Assembly: GCA_050012475.1 (NCBI GenBank)
Contig: JBEKHC010000080.1
Location: 1 to 24,417 of the forward strand
Length of the DNA stretch: 24,417 nucleotides
From: Candidatus Velthaea sp.
GTDB lineage: Bacteria; Vulcanimicrobiota; Vulcanimicrobiia; Vulcanimicrobiales; Vulcanimicrobiaceae
Reading direction: 5' to 3'
Made by a program: the position numbers and the translations under genes. The notes below the pieces were generated by a model, which saw nothing but the letters and a program-made list of their open reading frames with translations, made no database searches and had not been told where the DNA came from. Shown piece after piece: positions 1 through 8,943 of this stretch; the first letter of the stretch is position 1; every line of letters starts with the position of its first letter.

Positions 1-531
1 TCTTCGCCCGAGCCATCCGGGCTTACGGACGCCTTCGAGCGAATCGTGCACGGCTTGCCCCATCAACGCGAATTTAGCGGGATCGAGATCGTCACGACCC
101 GCACTCGACGCAATCGCGACGGGCTCGCGCTGAGTGTGATGGTCGATAACATCGGCAAATCGACCGGCGTCGACATTGCGACCTGCGAGCGGGTCGCCGC
201 CCGCATCAACGTTGCGCTCGATGCGTTTAGCGAACCGTACACGCTCGAGGTCGAGTCGGCCGGTTTGGACCGGCCGCTGGTAAAGCCTTCGGACTACGAA
301 CGGTTTACCGGCGAGAACGTTCGCGTCGTGAGCACGCTTGCAATTCGCAATGCGAAAACGCACCGCGGAAAGCTTGCCGGCGTTCGCGGCACCAACGTCA
401 TCCTCGAAACCTCCGCCGGCGAACTTCCGATTCCGCTCGAGGTCGTGAAGTCGGCCAACATCGAATTCGATATCCGCGCCGATCTCCAGCGCGCCAAACG
501 CACGAAGCACGAACAGAAAGACGACCGATGA
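1..531 (+). CDS. rimP: Ribosome maturation factor RimP (probably 5'-truncated by the window edge)
   Basis: YTLEVESAGLDRPL and YERFTGE motifs; frame is open from base 1; ATGA overlap with nusA. Confidence 0.92.
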   Translation, partial: SSPEPSGLTDAFERIVHGLPHQREFSGIEIVTTRTRRNRDGLALSVMVDNIGKSTGVDIATCERVAARINVALDAFSEPYTLEVESAGLDRPLVKPSDYERFTGENVRVVSTLAIRNAKTHRGKLAGVRGTNVILETSAGELPIPLEVVKSANIEFDIRADLQRAKRTKHEQKDDR

Positions 532-1730
532 ATGCAGAGATGATCGCGGCGCTCCGCGAGATCGAAACCGAGCGCAACATTAGTTTTGAGATGCTGCTCG
601 AAGCGCTCGAAGCGGCGTTGATCTCCGCCTACAAGCGGAACTTCGGCGGCGAGGCCAATGCGATCGTCACGATCGATCGGCAGACCGGCGAATACAAGGT
701 GTATCACCGCCGCACGGTCGTCGATGCGGTTACCGATCCGAAGCTCGAAATCGCGAAAGTGCAGGCCGGCTCGCGTTATGAACCGGGCGACTATTTCGAT
801 GAGGAGGTGACGCCCAAAGACTTCGGTCGCATCGCGGCGCAGACGGCGAAACAAGTCATCGTGCAGCGAATCCGAGAGGCCGAACGCGATACTGTTTTCA
901 ATACCTATTCGGCGAAGCTGCACGACATCGTGCTAGGCATCGTGCAGCGCTACGAACAGCGCAACATGTACGTTCTGCTTGACAACAAAAACGAGGCGCT
1001 GTTACCCTTCTCCGAACAAGTGCCGCGCGAAAACTACCGTATCAACGATCGCATTCGCGCCTACGTGCTTGACGTGCGTAAAACGAATAAAGGACCGCTG
1101 GTCGTGCTTTCACGCGCGGCCGAGGGACTCGTTCAGCGGCTGCTCGAGTTCGAGGTGCCCGAAATCCAAGACGACATCGTTGAAATCATGGCCATCGCAC
1201 GCGAACCCGGATCCCGATCGAAAGTCGCCGTGCATTCGCGCCGGCCCGACGTCGAAGCCGTGGGAGCATGCCTCGGCCCCAAATCGTCGCGGATCGCCAA
1301 CGTTTCCGACGAACTGCGCGGCGAGAAGATCGACGTCATCAAGTGGGCGCCCGAGTCGGCGCAGTTCATCATGAATGCCCTGCAGCCGGCGAAGGTCCTC
1401 AACGTCGAATTGTTCGAGGACGAAGGAGTCGCGCTGGTGACCGTCCCCGACTACCAGCTTTCGCTCGCAATCGGCCGAGAAGGGCAAAACGTCCGGCTGG
1501 CTGCCCGCTTGACGGGTTGGCGTCTCGATATCACCAGCGAGGCCGAGGCCGCTGAGGCGCGCGAACGGTACCTGGCCGAGCGTGCCGACCGGACCGGCGA
1601 AGTCGCGGAGGAATCGGTCGAAGAAGAAGCGGTCGCATCCGCCGAGGGCGAAGCGGCGACGGTGCCCGACATCGATGCCGATCTGCTGCGCAAACTCGAA
1701 GAATTCAAGCGCGAGATGTTCGAGACGTAG
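528..1730 (+). CDS. nusA: Transcription termination/antitermination factor NusA
   Basis: FGRIAAQTAKQVIVQRIREAER, AREPGSRSKVAV, LSLAIGREGQNVRLAARLTGWRLDI (S1+KH domains). Confidence 0.98.
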   Translation: MNAEMIAALREIETERNISFEMLLEALEAALISAYKRNFGGEANAIVTIDRQTGEYKVYHRRTVVDAVTDPKLEIAKVQAGSRYEPGDYFDEEVTPKDFGRIAAQTAKQVIVQRIREAERDTVFNTYSAKLHDIVLGIVQRYEQRNMYVLLDNKNEALLPFSEQVPRENYRINDRIRAYVLDVRKTNKGPLVVLSRAAEGLVQRLLEFEVPEIQDDIVEIMAIAREPGSRSKVAVHSRRPDVEAVGACLGPKSSRIANVSDELRGEKIDVIKWAPESAQFIMNALQPAKVLNVELFEDEGVALVTVPDYQLSLAIGREGQNVRLAARLTGWRLDITSEAEAAEARERYLAERADRTGEVAEESVEEEAVASAEGEAATVPDIDADLLRKLEEFKREMFET

Positions 1731-1731
1731 A

Positions 1732-1950
1732 ATGCCCGCGGTTCCGGTTCGGATGTGCGTCGGCTGCCGCGAGCGGTTCCCCCAAGCGACCCTCCGGCGA
1801 TTCGTTCGCCAGGCGGAGGCCTGGGTCGGCGACCGCGGCCGCCGGTCCGATGGGCGAGGAGCCTACCTGTGTTCTCGCAAATGCGCCGAGCGCGTTGCAA
1901 AGAATAAACGGTACCTGGGGTTAAGTAGAGAGGCTCTGGTACAATGGTGA
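1732..1950 (+). CDS. ylxR: YlxR/RnpM (DUF448) RNA-binding protein, 72 aa
   Basis: PVRMCVGCR and GRGAYLC motifs; ATG 1 nt after the nusA stop; usual position between nusA and infB. Confidence 0.9.
   Translation: MPAVPVRMCVGCRERFPQATLRRFVRQAEAWVGDRGRRSDGRGAYLCSRKCAERVAKNKRYLGLSREALVQW
1937..1945 (+). promoter_or_regulatory. Possible extended -10 promoter (TGGTACAAT) for infB inside the ylxR 3' end
   Basis: TGn-TACAAT match in a GC-rich background, ~115 nt upstream of the infB ATG. Confidence 0.35.
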
Positions 1951-2058
1951 CTCGGAACGGGTGCGCGGGATGCGAGTCCCGACTCACCCACGGGGAACGT
2001 CGAATGAAGTAAGCATTGCGGGGACGGCGACACGGCGTCCCCATTGATAAGGATCTGA

Positions 2059-5000
2059 ATGGCAACCGGTAAGGTGAGAATTTTCGAGCTCGCGAAAGAG
2101 CTCAACATGTCTTCGAAGGACATGATCGCCCTGTTCGGGCGGCTTGGCCTGGAGGCAAAGAATCAACTCAGCGTCGTCGACCCCAAGGTGGCCGATCTGC
2201 TGCGAGTCCAACTCGGGAAGGCCGCGGCGAAGGCGCAAGCGGTAAAATCGGTTCCGGCTGCTGCGGCAGCGCCGGCCGCTCCTCCGCAACCTCCTCCCGT
2301 CGCACCGACTGCTGCGGTAGCTGCGGCGCCGCCCATTGTCGCGCCCGAAGCCGAGGTCAAGCCCCCGCCGCCTGCAGCGGCGGCTTCTGCGACCGTGAGC
2401 CCGCCCAAGGCGGCGGCTCCGCCGCCGGCACCGCCGCCGGTCCAACGGCCTGCTCCCGCGGCAGCGCCGGTCGCCGCGCCCCCGGTTTTCACGCTCAAGC
2501 CCGTGACCACGGTCTCGCGGAAAGCCGCACCGCCGGCTGCCCCCGTGGCGGCTGCCCCCGTGGCGGCTGCCCCTGCCGCGGCGGCTCCGGTCGTCGAGCC
2601 GCCCGCTCCCGTGCCGCCGGTCGAGCCCGCAGCCCCGCGCCCGGAACCAGCCGTCGCCAAGACCCCGCCGGCCAGCCGGCCGCCGGGTGGTTTGCCTGCC
2701 GGCCCCAACGGCGCGGCACCGCCGCGTCCGCGGCCGCCGCAGCCACCGGTCGAGGCCGCACACATTCCGACTTTGCGTCCCGTGCCGACCGGCCGATCCT
2801 CGATCGTTCCGCCGCGTCCGCCGGCCGCCCAGCCGGCGGCGCCCGCGCATCCCAACTCGGCGGCACCCGGGCCGGCCAACGGAATTCCGGGCCGGCCGGG
2901 CGTCGCACCGCGCCCGGGCACCGGTTTGCCCTCCCAGAACTACGGGCCGCGCCCGGGCCAACCCGGCGCGCCGGGGAATCCCGCCGCCGCGGGTGCTTCC
3001 GGCGCTCCGCCGGCCGGCCGGCGGCCGATGTCCAACGGTCCGTTCCGTCCCCTTACGCCGCCCGGTCCACGCCCGTTTACACCGCGACCGCCGGGCTCGC
3101 CGCCCGCTCCTGGGGCTCCCGGTGCTCAAGGCCCGGCGCCTAGTTCGGGCGGCGGCGGCGGACGCCCGGGCGGCCGCCCCGGCCAGCGCGGATTCGACAA
3201 CTCGAAGAAAGATCGCGAAAAAGACCTGCTGCTCGAAAAGGCGCGGCAGCGCAAGCGCGGCTCGTTCGATGCTGCCCCGGCGATCCCGCCGGTCCACCTC
3301 GAGAGCATCGAGATCCCCGACGTGCTCACCGTTCAGGAGCTCGCCAATTCGATGATTCTGCCCGCGGCCGACATCATCAAAGAGCTCTTCAAGATGGGCA
3401 CGATGGCGACGATCAATCAGAACATCTCGTCAGATCAAGCCATCGCGGTGGCCAAGAAGTTCGGCTTCAACGCTATCGTCAAAGAGGCCGGCGACGAAGT
3501 CGTCGTCGAGCAAGAAGAAGACAAGCCCGAACTGCTGACGGCACGGCCGCCGGTCGTGACCGTGCTCGGCCACGTCGATCACGGCAAGACCTCACTGCTC
3601 GACAAGATCCGCAGCGCGTCGGTGGCCGCGGGCGAAGCGGGCGGCATCACGCAAAAGATCGGCGCGTACACCGTCGAGAAGAACGATCGCAAGATCACGT
3701 TCATCGATACGCCCGGTCATGAGGCGTTTACCGCGATGCGCGCCCGCGGCGCGAAGGTTACCGACGTTGCGATCCTCGTGGTCGCAGCCGACGACGGCGT
3801 CATGCCGCAAACGCGCGAAGCGATCTCGCACATCAAAGCCGCCGGGGTGCCGATCGTCGTCGCGATCAACAAGATCGATAAGGAAGACGCGCAGCCCGAC
3901 CGAGTCAAGCAGCAGTTGACCGAAGAAGGCTTGCAGCCCGTCGAGTGGGGCGGCAAGGTCGAAATGGTGGCGGTCTCCGCGCGCAACGGCAGCGGGATCG
4001 ATCAACTGCTCGAAACCGTGCTGCTCGAAGCCGATCTCAAGGAACTCAAAGCCAACAAGAATCGGCGCGCGACCGGCGTCGTCATCGAATCGGCGCTCGA
4101 CCGGGGCCGCGGCGCGGTCGCGACCGTGCTGGTTCAAAACGGAACGCTGCGCGTCGGCGACGTCGTCGTCGTGGGTGCAGCCTACGGCAAGATTCGGGCC
4201 CTCGTCGACGACAAGGGCAAACAAGTCAAGAAAGCCGGCCCTTCGATCCCCGTCGAGATCATGGGGCTTTCAGACGTTCCGGCCGCCGGCGATACGCTCA
4301 TGGTCGTATCCGATGAACGCGCGGCGCGCGAAGCCGCTGCCAAACGGTCGACCAAACGGCGGGACGTGCGCGTGGCGGCGACCTCTGGTCCGCGCGTCTC
4401 GCTCGAAACCTTCATGCAGATGCCCGCGGACGGTGGTTCGAAGACGCTCAATCTCGTGATCAAGGCCGACGGCCAAGGTTCGGTCGAAGCGCTGCGCTCG
4501 CGCGTCGAGAGTCTCTCCAACGGTGAAGTCGGCATTCGCGTCATCCTCGCCGGCGTCGGCGGTATCACGCCCAACGACGTCAACCTTGCGTCGGCCTCGA
4601 ACGCCGTGCTCATCGGGTTCAATATCCGGCCCGACGAAACGGTCAAACGGTTGGCCGAGAACGAGCAGGTCGATCTGCGCTTCTATCAAGTCATCTACGA
4701 TGTCGAAAATGATTTGAAAAAAGCGATGGTCGGCCTGTTGGCGCCCAAGTTCCGCGAGATCGTGCTCGGGCGCGCCGAGGTTCGCGAGATCTTCAAGGTC
4801 TCCAAGGTCGGCGCGATCGCCGGATGCTACGTGCAGTCGGGCAAGATCACGCGCAACTCCAAAGTTCGCGTGCTGCGCGATTCGGCGGTCGTCTTCGATG
4901 GCGAGATCGAGTCGCTGCGGCGCTTCAAGGACGACGTGCGCGAAGTTACCGAGAACTTCGAGTGCGGGATTCAGGTTGCCCGGTTCGCCGATCTCAAGCA

Positions 5001-5061
5001 GGGCGACGTCATCGAGGCTTGGATGTCCGAGTTGGTTGCACCGGAACTGCAGCCGGCTTAG
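2059..5061 (+). CDS. infB: Translation initiation factor IF-2 (1000 aa, long Pro/Ala-rich linker)
   Basis: N-terminal VRIFELAKEL; G-domain GHVDHGKT, DTPGH, NKID; C-terminal SLRRFKDDVREV..FECGI. Confidence 0.99.
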   Translation: MATGKVRIFELAKELNMSSKDMIALFGRLGLEAKNQLSVVDPKVADLLRVQLGKAAAKAQAVKSVPAAAAAPAAPPQPPPVAPTAAVAAAPPIVAPEAEVKPPPPAAAASATVSPPKAAAPPPAPPPVQRPAPAAAPVAAPPVFTLKPVTTVSRKAAPPAAPVAAAPVAAAPAAAAPVVEPPAPVPPVEPAAPRPEPAVAKTPPASRPPGGLPAGPNGAAPPRPRPPQPPVEAAHIPTLRPVPTGRSSIVPPRPPAAQPAAPAHPNSAAPGPANGIPGRPGVAPRPGTGLPSQNYGPRPGQPGAPGNPAAAGASGAPPAGRRPMSNGPFRPLTPPGPRPFTPRPPGSPPAPGAPGAQGPAPSSGGGGGRPGGRPGQRGFDNSKKDREKDLLLEKARQRKRGSFDAAPAIPPVHLESIEIPDVLTVQELANSMILPAADIIKELFKMGTMATINQNISSDQAIAVAKKFGFNAIVKEAGDEVVVEQEEDKPELLTARPPVVTVLGHVDHGKTSLLDKIRSASVAAGEAGGITQKIGAYTVEKNDRKITFIDTPGHEAFTAMRARGAKVTDVAILVVAADDGVMPQTREAISHIKAAGVPIVVAINKIDKEDAQPDRVKQQLTEEGLQPVEWGGKVEMVAVSARNGSGIDQLLETVLLEADLKELKANKNRRATGVVIESALDRGRGAVATVLVQNGTLRVGDVVVVGAAYGKIRALVDDKGKQVKKAGPSIPVEIMGLSDVPAAGDTLMVVSDERAAREAAAKRSTKRRDVRVAATSGPRVSLETFMQMPADGGSKTLNLVIKADGQGSVEALRSRVESLSNGEVGIRVILAGVGGITPNDVNLASASNAVLIGFNIRPDETVKRLAENEQVDLRFYQVIYDVENDLKKAMVGLLAPKFREIVLGRAEVREIFKVSKVGAIAGCYVQSGKITRNSKVRVLRDSAVVFDGEIESLRRFKDDVREVTENFECGIQVARFADLKQGDVIEAWMSELVAPELQPA
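2536..2580 (+). repeat. 15-bp tandem repeat GCTGCCCCCGTGGCG (two exact copies plus one degenerate) in the IF-2 linker
   Basis: Read directly; encodes AAPVA repeats. Confidence 0.8.
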
Positions 5062-5069
5062 GTGGGTGG

Positions 5070-5248
5070 GTTGAGCGGGGGTGGCCCCATCGCGGTGGTG
5101 GGGACGCCCGCGTTTTCCCATCCTTGGGAAAACGCTGGTTGCGAAAAATTCGCTCTCGGCATCCTGATGGGTGCCCTCCCTACGTCGGTACACCCGCCGC
5201 GAATTTGTTCGACACCCCACCACCGAGATGGGGCCACCCCCGCGCAAC
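5070..5248. repeat. ~180-bp palindromic element with 34-bp terminal inverted repeats and internal hairpins (REP/REPIN/MITE-like or structured RNA)
   Basis: 5070-5103 is the reverse complement of 5215-5248 with 2 mismatches; internal perfect 11-bp hairpin at 5110-5135. Confidence 0.85.
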
Positions 5249-5291
5249 ATCAGGCTTTGCATCCTGCTCTGGGTTTGGGGCGTTTGTTGCT

Positions 5292-5642
5292 ATGAAGCGG
5301 GAGCGGCAGGGGCGTATCGATCATGAGATTCAGCGTGCGCTCTCGAAGATTATTTCGCTGGATGTCAAGGATCCGCGGATGGGATTCGCGACCGTTACGC
5401 GCTGCGAAGTTACCCAAGATTTGATGTTCTGCAAAGTGTTTGTTTCGATCATCGGTGACCGGCATGTGGCGCGTCAAACCATGGATGCGTTGAAGAGCGC
5501 GGCAGGGTTCATTCGCGGCGAACTGGGTGCGGCCGTCGCGCTGCGGCACACGCCGGAGCTGACGTTCGTGGAGGACCGTACGACGGAACGCGCGATCGCG
5601 TTGTCAAAAACGTTGGAGAAAGCGCAGGTCATCGATGAGTAG
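5292..5642 (+). CDS. rbfA: Ribosome-binding factor A
   Basis: VKDPRMGFATVTRCEVTQDL, AAGFIRGELG, LRHTPELTFVED; ATG at 5292 within ORF 4824..5642. Confidence 0.96.
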   Translation: MKRERQGRIDHEIQRALSKIISLDVKDPRMGFATVTRCEVTQDLMFCKVFVSIIGDRHVARQTMDALKSAAGFIRGELGAAVALRHTPELTFVEDRTTERAIALSKTLEKAQVIDE

Positions 5643-6615
5643 CACGCTGACGGCTTCGGCGACGACGCAGGAGGTGGTCGCCGAACTGCGCGCGCGTTCG
5701 TCGTTCATGTTCGTTTCGCACGTCAAGCCCGACGGCGACACGCTCGGTGCGGGGCTTGCGCTCGGCCTCGCGCTCAGCGGCTTAGGGAAACGGGTCGGCT
5801 ACTTCCAGCAAGATCCGGTGCCGCGCAATTTGCGTTTTTTGCCCGGTGCCCAGTTCGTTTCACGCGACGTGCCCGCCGATCTGCCCGCCGACACGCTGTG
5901 GGTGTTCTGCGACATGAGCGACTACACACGGGCCGGCGAGTTCTTGCCCAAAATCGACCGCGAGAACATGCTCAATATCGATCATCACTTGGGGAACTCG
6001 CGGTTTGCAAAACTGAACTACATCTTGGAGAAGGAAGCGTCGACGGGGACCTGCGTCATTCATTTGCTGCGCGCGCTCGACGTTCCGATCACCAAAGACG
6101 TGGCGACGAATTTGTTGACGACGATCATGACGGATACCGGGGCGTTCATGCACACGAACACCACGAGTTCGGTCTTGCGCGTGTCGGCGGATCTGATGGA
6201 AGCGGGAGCGGACAAGCCGCTGATCACCGAAGAAATCTTTGCGAACAAGCGCTTTGCGGCGACGAAGCTGTTGGGGATGGCGCTCGACCGCGCGCAGCTC
6301 GAAGACGGCGGCCGCTATTGTTGGACGTACGTCGACGAGGCGATGCTCGCGGCGTGCGATGCGGACGGCGAAGACACCGAGGAGATCGTGCAGCATTTGC
6401 GCGCGGTCGAGGGCGTCGAGGCTGCGGCGCTATTCAAGCATTACGACGGAGCGATCCGCGTGAGTCTCCGTTCGAGCGGCCGGGTGAACGTGCAGCTCGC
6501 TGCGGCAACGCTCGGCGGCGGCGGTCATTTCATGGCATCGGGGCTCACCTTCGAGGGTGAGTTCACGGCGGCGCTCGCTGCCGTGCACGCCGCGCTCAAA
6601 GCGCAAGGTTTGTAG
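5635..6615 (+). CDS. nrnA: DHH/DHHA1 nanoRNase / pAp phosphatase
   Basis: SHVKPDGD, NIDHH, TDTG, SLRS and GGGGH motifs; usual position between rbfA and truB. Confidence 0.9.
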   Translation: MSSTLTASATTQEVVAELRARSSFMFVSHVKPDGDTLGAGLALGLALSGLGKRVGYFQQDPVPRNLRFLPGAQFVSRDVPADLPADTLWVFCDMSDYTRAGEFLPKIDRENMLNIDHHLGNSRFAKLNYILEKEASTGTCVIHLLRALDVPITKDVATNLLTTIMTDTGAFMHTNTTSSVLRVSADLMEAGADKPLITEEIFANKRFAATKLLGMALDRAQLEDGGRYCWTYVDEAMLAACDADGEDTEEIVQHLRAVEGVEAAALFKHYDGAIRVSLRSSGRVNVQLAAATLGGGGHFMASGLTFEGEFTAALAAVHAALKAQGL

Positions 6616-6618
6616 TAC

Positions 6619-7488
6619 CTGCTCGGATTCGTCAACCTCTTCAAGCCGGCCGGTCCGACGTCGACGCAGTTCGGCGCGCGGCTGCGGCGCATCTATGCAC
6701 GTTCCGAGGGCGCGAAACTGGCGGTCGGACATTTCGGCACGCTCGACCCGCAGGCCGCCGGCGTGCTGCCCATCGCGCTCGGGAAGGCGACCCGTTTGCT
6801 TCCGCTCATCGAGGACCGGCGCAAAGCGTACGTCTGCACGCTGGTGCTGGGCCGCGCGACCACGACCGGCGATGCGGCGGGCGAGACGTTGACGACGAGG
6901 CCGGTTCCGGCCGACATCGACGGGCGATTGGCGCGTGCGCTGGGCGCCTTCACCGGTGCCATCGAACAAGTGCCGCCGATGTATTCGGCAGTCCATCACG
7001 GCGGACGGCGGTTGTACGAACTCGCGCGCGCGGGAGAATCCGTCGAACGCGCAAAGCGCACGGTGCGGATCTTCGGCTTGACCGTTCTGGGCCGCAGCCG
7101 CGCTACCGTGCGCCTGCGCATCGCCTGCAGCGAAGGCACCTACATCCGCACGCTGTGCGAGGATCTGGCCGCAGCCTGCGAGACCGTCGGACACATGGGC
7201 GCGCTGCTGCGCGAAGCATCGGGACCGTTCGTCCTCTACGAAAGTCTGACGCTCGAGCAGGTCGCCGCGGATCCCGTTGCCGCACTCGTTCCGCCCGAGC
7301 GGGTCATCCCGATTCCGACCGTCGTGCTCGACGGCCGCAAAGCGACGGACTTCCGCGCCGGACGCGTGGTCGCACTGGTGAACATGCCGGCGGGAAAGCA
7401 CGTTTTCGTTCGCGACTCTTCCCGTTCGCTCGTCGGCGTGGGTGAAACCGTCGGTGCGCTATTGGCGCCGCGCCGGGTGTTCGATTGA
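6619..7488 (+). CDS. truB: tRNA pseudouridine(55) synthase TruB (probable CTG start at 6619)
   Basis: GFVNLFKPAGPTS and GHFGTLDP lie upstream of the listed GTG (6763) in the same frame; QVPPMYSAV, LYELARAG, CSEGTYIRTL. Start codon uncertain. Confidence 0.93.
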   Translation: MLGFVNLFKPAGPTSTQFGARLRRIYARSEGAKLAVGHFGTLDPQAAGVLPIALGKATRLLPLIEDRRKAYVCTLVLGRATTTGDAAGETLTTRPVPADIDGRLARALGAFTGAIEQVPPMYSAVHHGGRRLYELARAGESVERAKRTVRIFGLTVLGRSRATVRLRIACSEGTYIRTLCEDLAAACETVGHMGALLREASGPFVLYESLTLEQVAADPVAALVPPERVIPIPTVVLDGRKATDFRAGRVVALVNMPAGKHVFVRDSSRSLVGVGETVGALLAPRRVFD

Positions 7489-8426
7489 AAATCTATCACC
7501 AATTGCCCGAGCACGACGGGCCGTATGCCGCCGAACGCGCTGCGCATCCGTTGGTCGTGGCGATCGGGTTTTTCGACGGTTTTCATCGCGGACATCGGGC
7601 GATCGTGCGCGAGCTGCTGCGCGTTCGCCGGCCCGGTGAACGCGCGGCGGTCATTACCTTCCGCGATCATCCGGCCGCATTTCTGCGGCCGGGTCAAGAG
7701 CCGCCGCTGATCATGACGCTCGAAGAACGTATCAATAGTTTTGCGCGTGCCGGCGTCGACGAAGCGTTCGTGCTCCGCTTCGATGCGTCGCTGGCATCGC
7801 TGGGACCCGCGGCATTTTTGGACGAGACGCTCGTTTCGCGCATCGGTGCGCGCGCGATGGTCGTCGGGGAGAATTTTCGTTTCGGGGCCAAACGCGCCGG
7901 CGATGTCGCGTTCGCGCAGGCGTACCTGGCCGAACGCGGGCTGCGCTTCACGGCCGTGTCGACCGAGGACGACGGCGGCGAACGGGTTTCCAGCACACGG
8001 GTTCGAGCGGCAATCAACGCCGGCGATCTCGCCGCCGCCGACCGGCTCTTAGGCGCTCCGTTTACGCTGCGCGGCCTGGTGGTGCTCGGCCATGGCCGCG
8101 GCCACGATCTGGGCTTTCCCACCGCGAACATCGTCGTGCCGGCGCAGAAGATGCTGCCGCCCGACGGCGTCTATTCCGCGACCGGCCGGCATGACGGGCG
8201 CGACTATCGCGGACTCGTTTCGATCGGGACCAATCCGACCTTCGATGGATCGCAGCGCACGGTCGAAGCCTGGCTGCTCGATTTTTCGGGCTCGCTCTAC
8301 GGTGAGGAAGTCGCGCTTCGCGATTTGCGGTTCCTTCGCGCGCAGCGGCGGTTTCCGACCGTCGCCGAACTGCTCGAGCAGATGCGTGCCGATGCGGCAA
8401 CGATCCGCTTCCCATCCTTCATCTGA
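7485..8426 (+). CDS. ribF: Bifunctional riboflavin kinase / FAD synthetase
   Basis: GFFDGFHRGH, VGENFRFG, VSSTRVR, LGFPTAN, GTNPTF; TTGA overlap with truB. Confidence 0.96.
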   Translation: MKIYHQLPEHDGPYAAERAAHPLVVAIGFFDGFHRGHRAIVRELLRVRRPGERAAVITFRDHPAAFLRPGQEPPLIMTLEERINSFARAGVDEAFVLRFDASLASLGPAAFLDETLVSRIGARAMVVGENFRFGAKRAGDVAFAQAYLAERGLRFTAVSTEDDGGERVSSTRVRAAINAGDLAAADRLLGAPFTLRGLVVLGHGRGHDLGFPTANIVVPAQKMLPPDGVYSATGRHDGRDYRGLVSIGTNPTFDGSQRTVEAWLLDFSGSLYGEEVALRDLRFLRAQRRFPTVAELLEQMRADAATIRFPSFI

Positions 8427-8438
8427 AAGAGGCGTTCG

Positions 8439-8924
8439 ATGAAACGTTCTCTCGCCGCCGGCATCCTTCTGAGTGCGTTCGCCTTTCCCGCCGCCGCTTC
8501 GGCGGTTCCCAAAGTCGGGCAGCCGGCGCCGGCGTTTTCGCTGCCGACCGTCGAGGGGCGCACGTTGACGCTGGCGTCGCTCAAGGGCAAACCGCTGTAC
8601 TTGAATTTTTACGCGACCTGGTGCGGACCGTGTAACGAAGAAGCTCCAGTCATCGGGAAGTTGAGCGAGAAGTACCGCGCGCGCGGTTTGGTCGTGCTCG
8701 GGGTGAACGAACTGGAGGATCCCAAAAAAGCGCGGGAGTTTTTGACCGGCCACCATTTGCGCTATGGCGCGGTCGTCGACAGCGACGGTCAGATGGGCAA
8801 GGATTACGGCGCGATCGGCTTGCCCGTCCACATCTTCATCGATCGCAGCGGAGTTGTGCGAACGTATCGGCTGGGCGAGATGAACGGCGACGAAATCGAA
8901 TCGGCGATCAGGGGCATTCTCTAG
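8439..8924 (+). CDS. Exported TlpA/ResA-like thiol-disulfide oxidoreductase
   Basis: Signal peptide, PAPAFSL, LNFYATWCGPC, GLP cis-Pro loop. Confidence 0.9.
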   Translation: MKRSLAAGILLSAFAFPAAASAVPKVGQPAPAFSLPTVEGRTLTLASLKGKPLYLNFYATWCGPCNEEAPVIGKLSEKYRARGLVVLGVNELEDPKKAREFLTGHHLRYGAVVDSDGQMGKDYGAIGLPVHIFIDRSGVVRTYRLGEMNGDEIESAIRGIL

Positions 8925-8943
8925 CCGCCCCGAGCCGGCGCGC

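Noticed and set aside
1984..3297. Long antisense and alternate-frame ORFs over infB; similarly 8952..11123, 15225..16457, 20084..22471 and 21835..23223
   Set aside because: Shadow ORFs expected from high GC3 opposite well-supported genes
5062..5295. 77-aa ORF between infB and rbfA, and the upstream extension of ORF 4824..5642
   Set aside because: Runs through the palindromic element with no recognisable domain or ribosome-binding site; rbfA similarity starts at 5292
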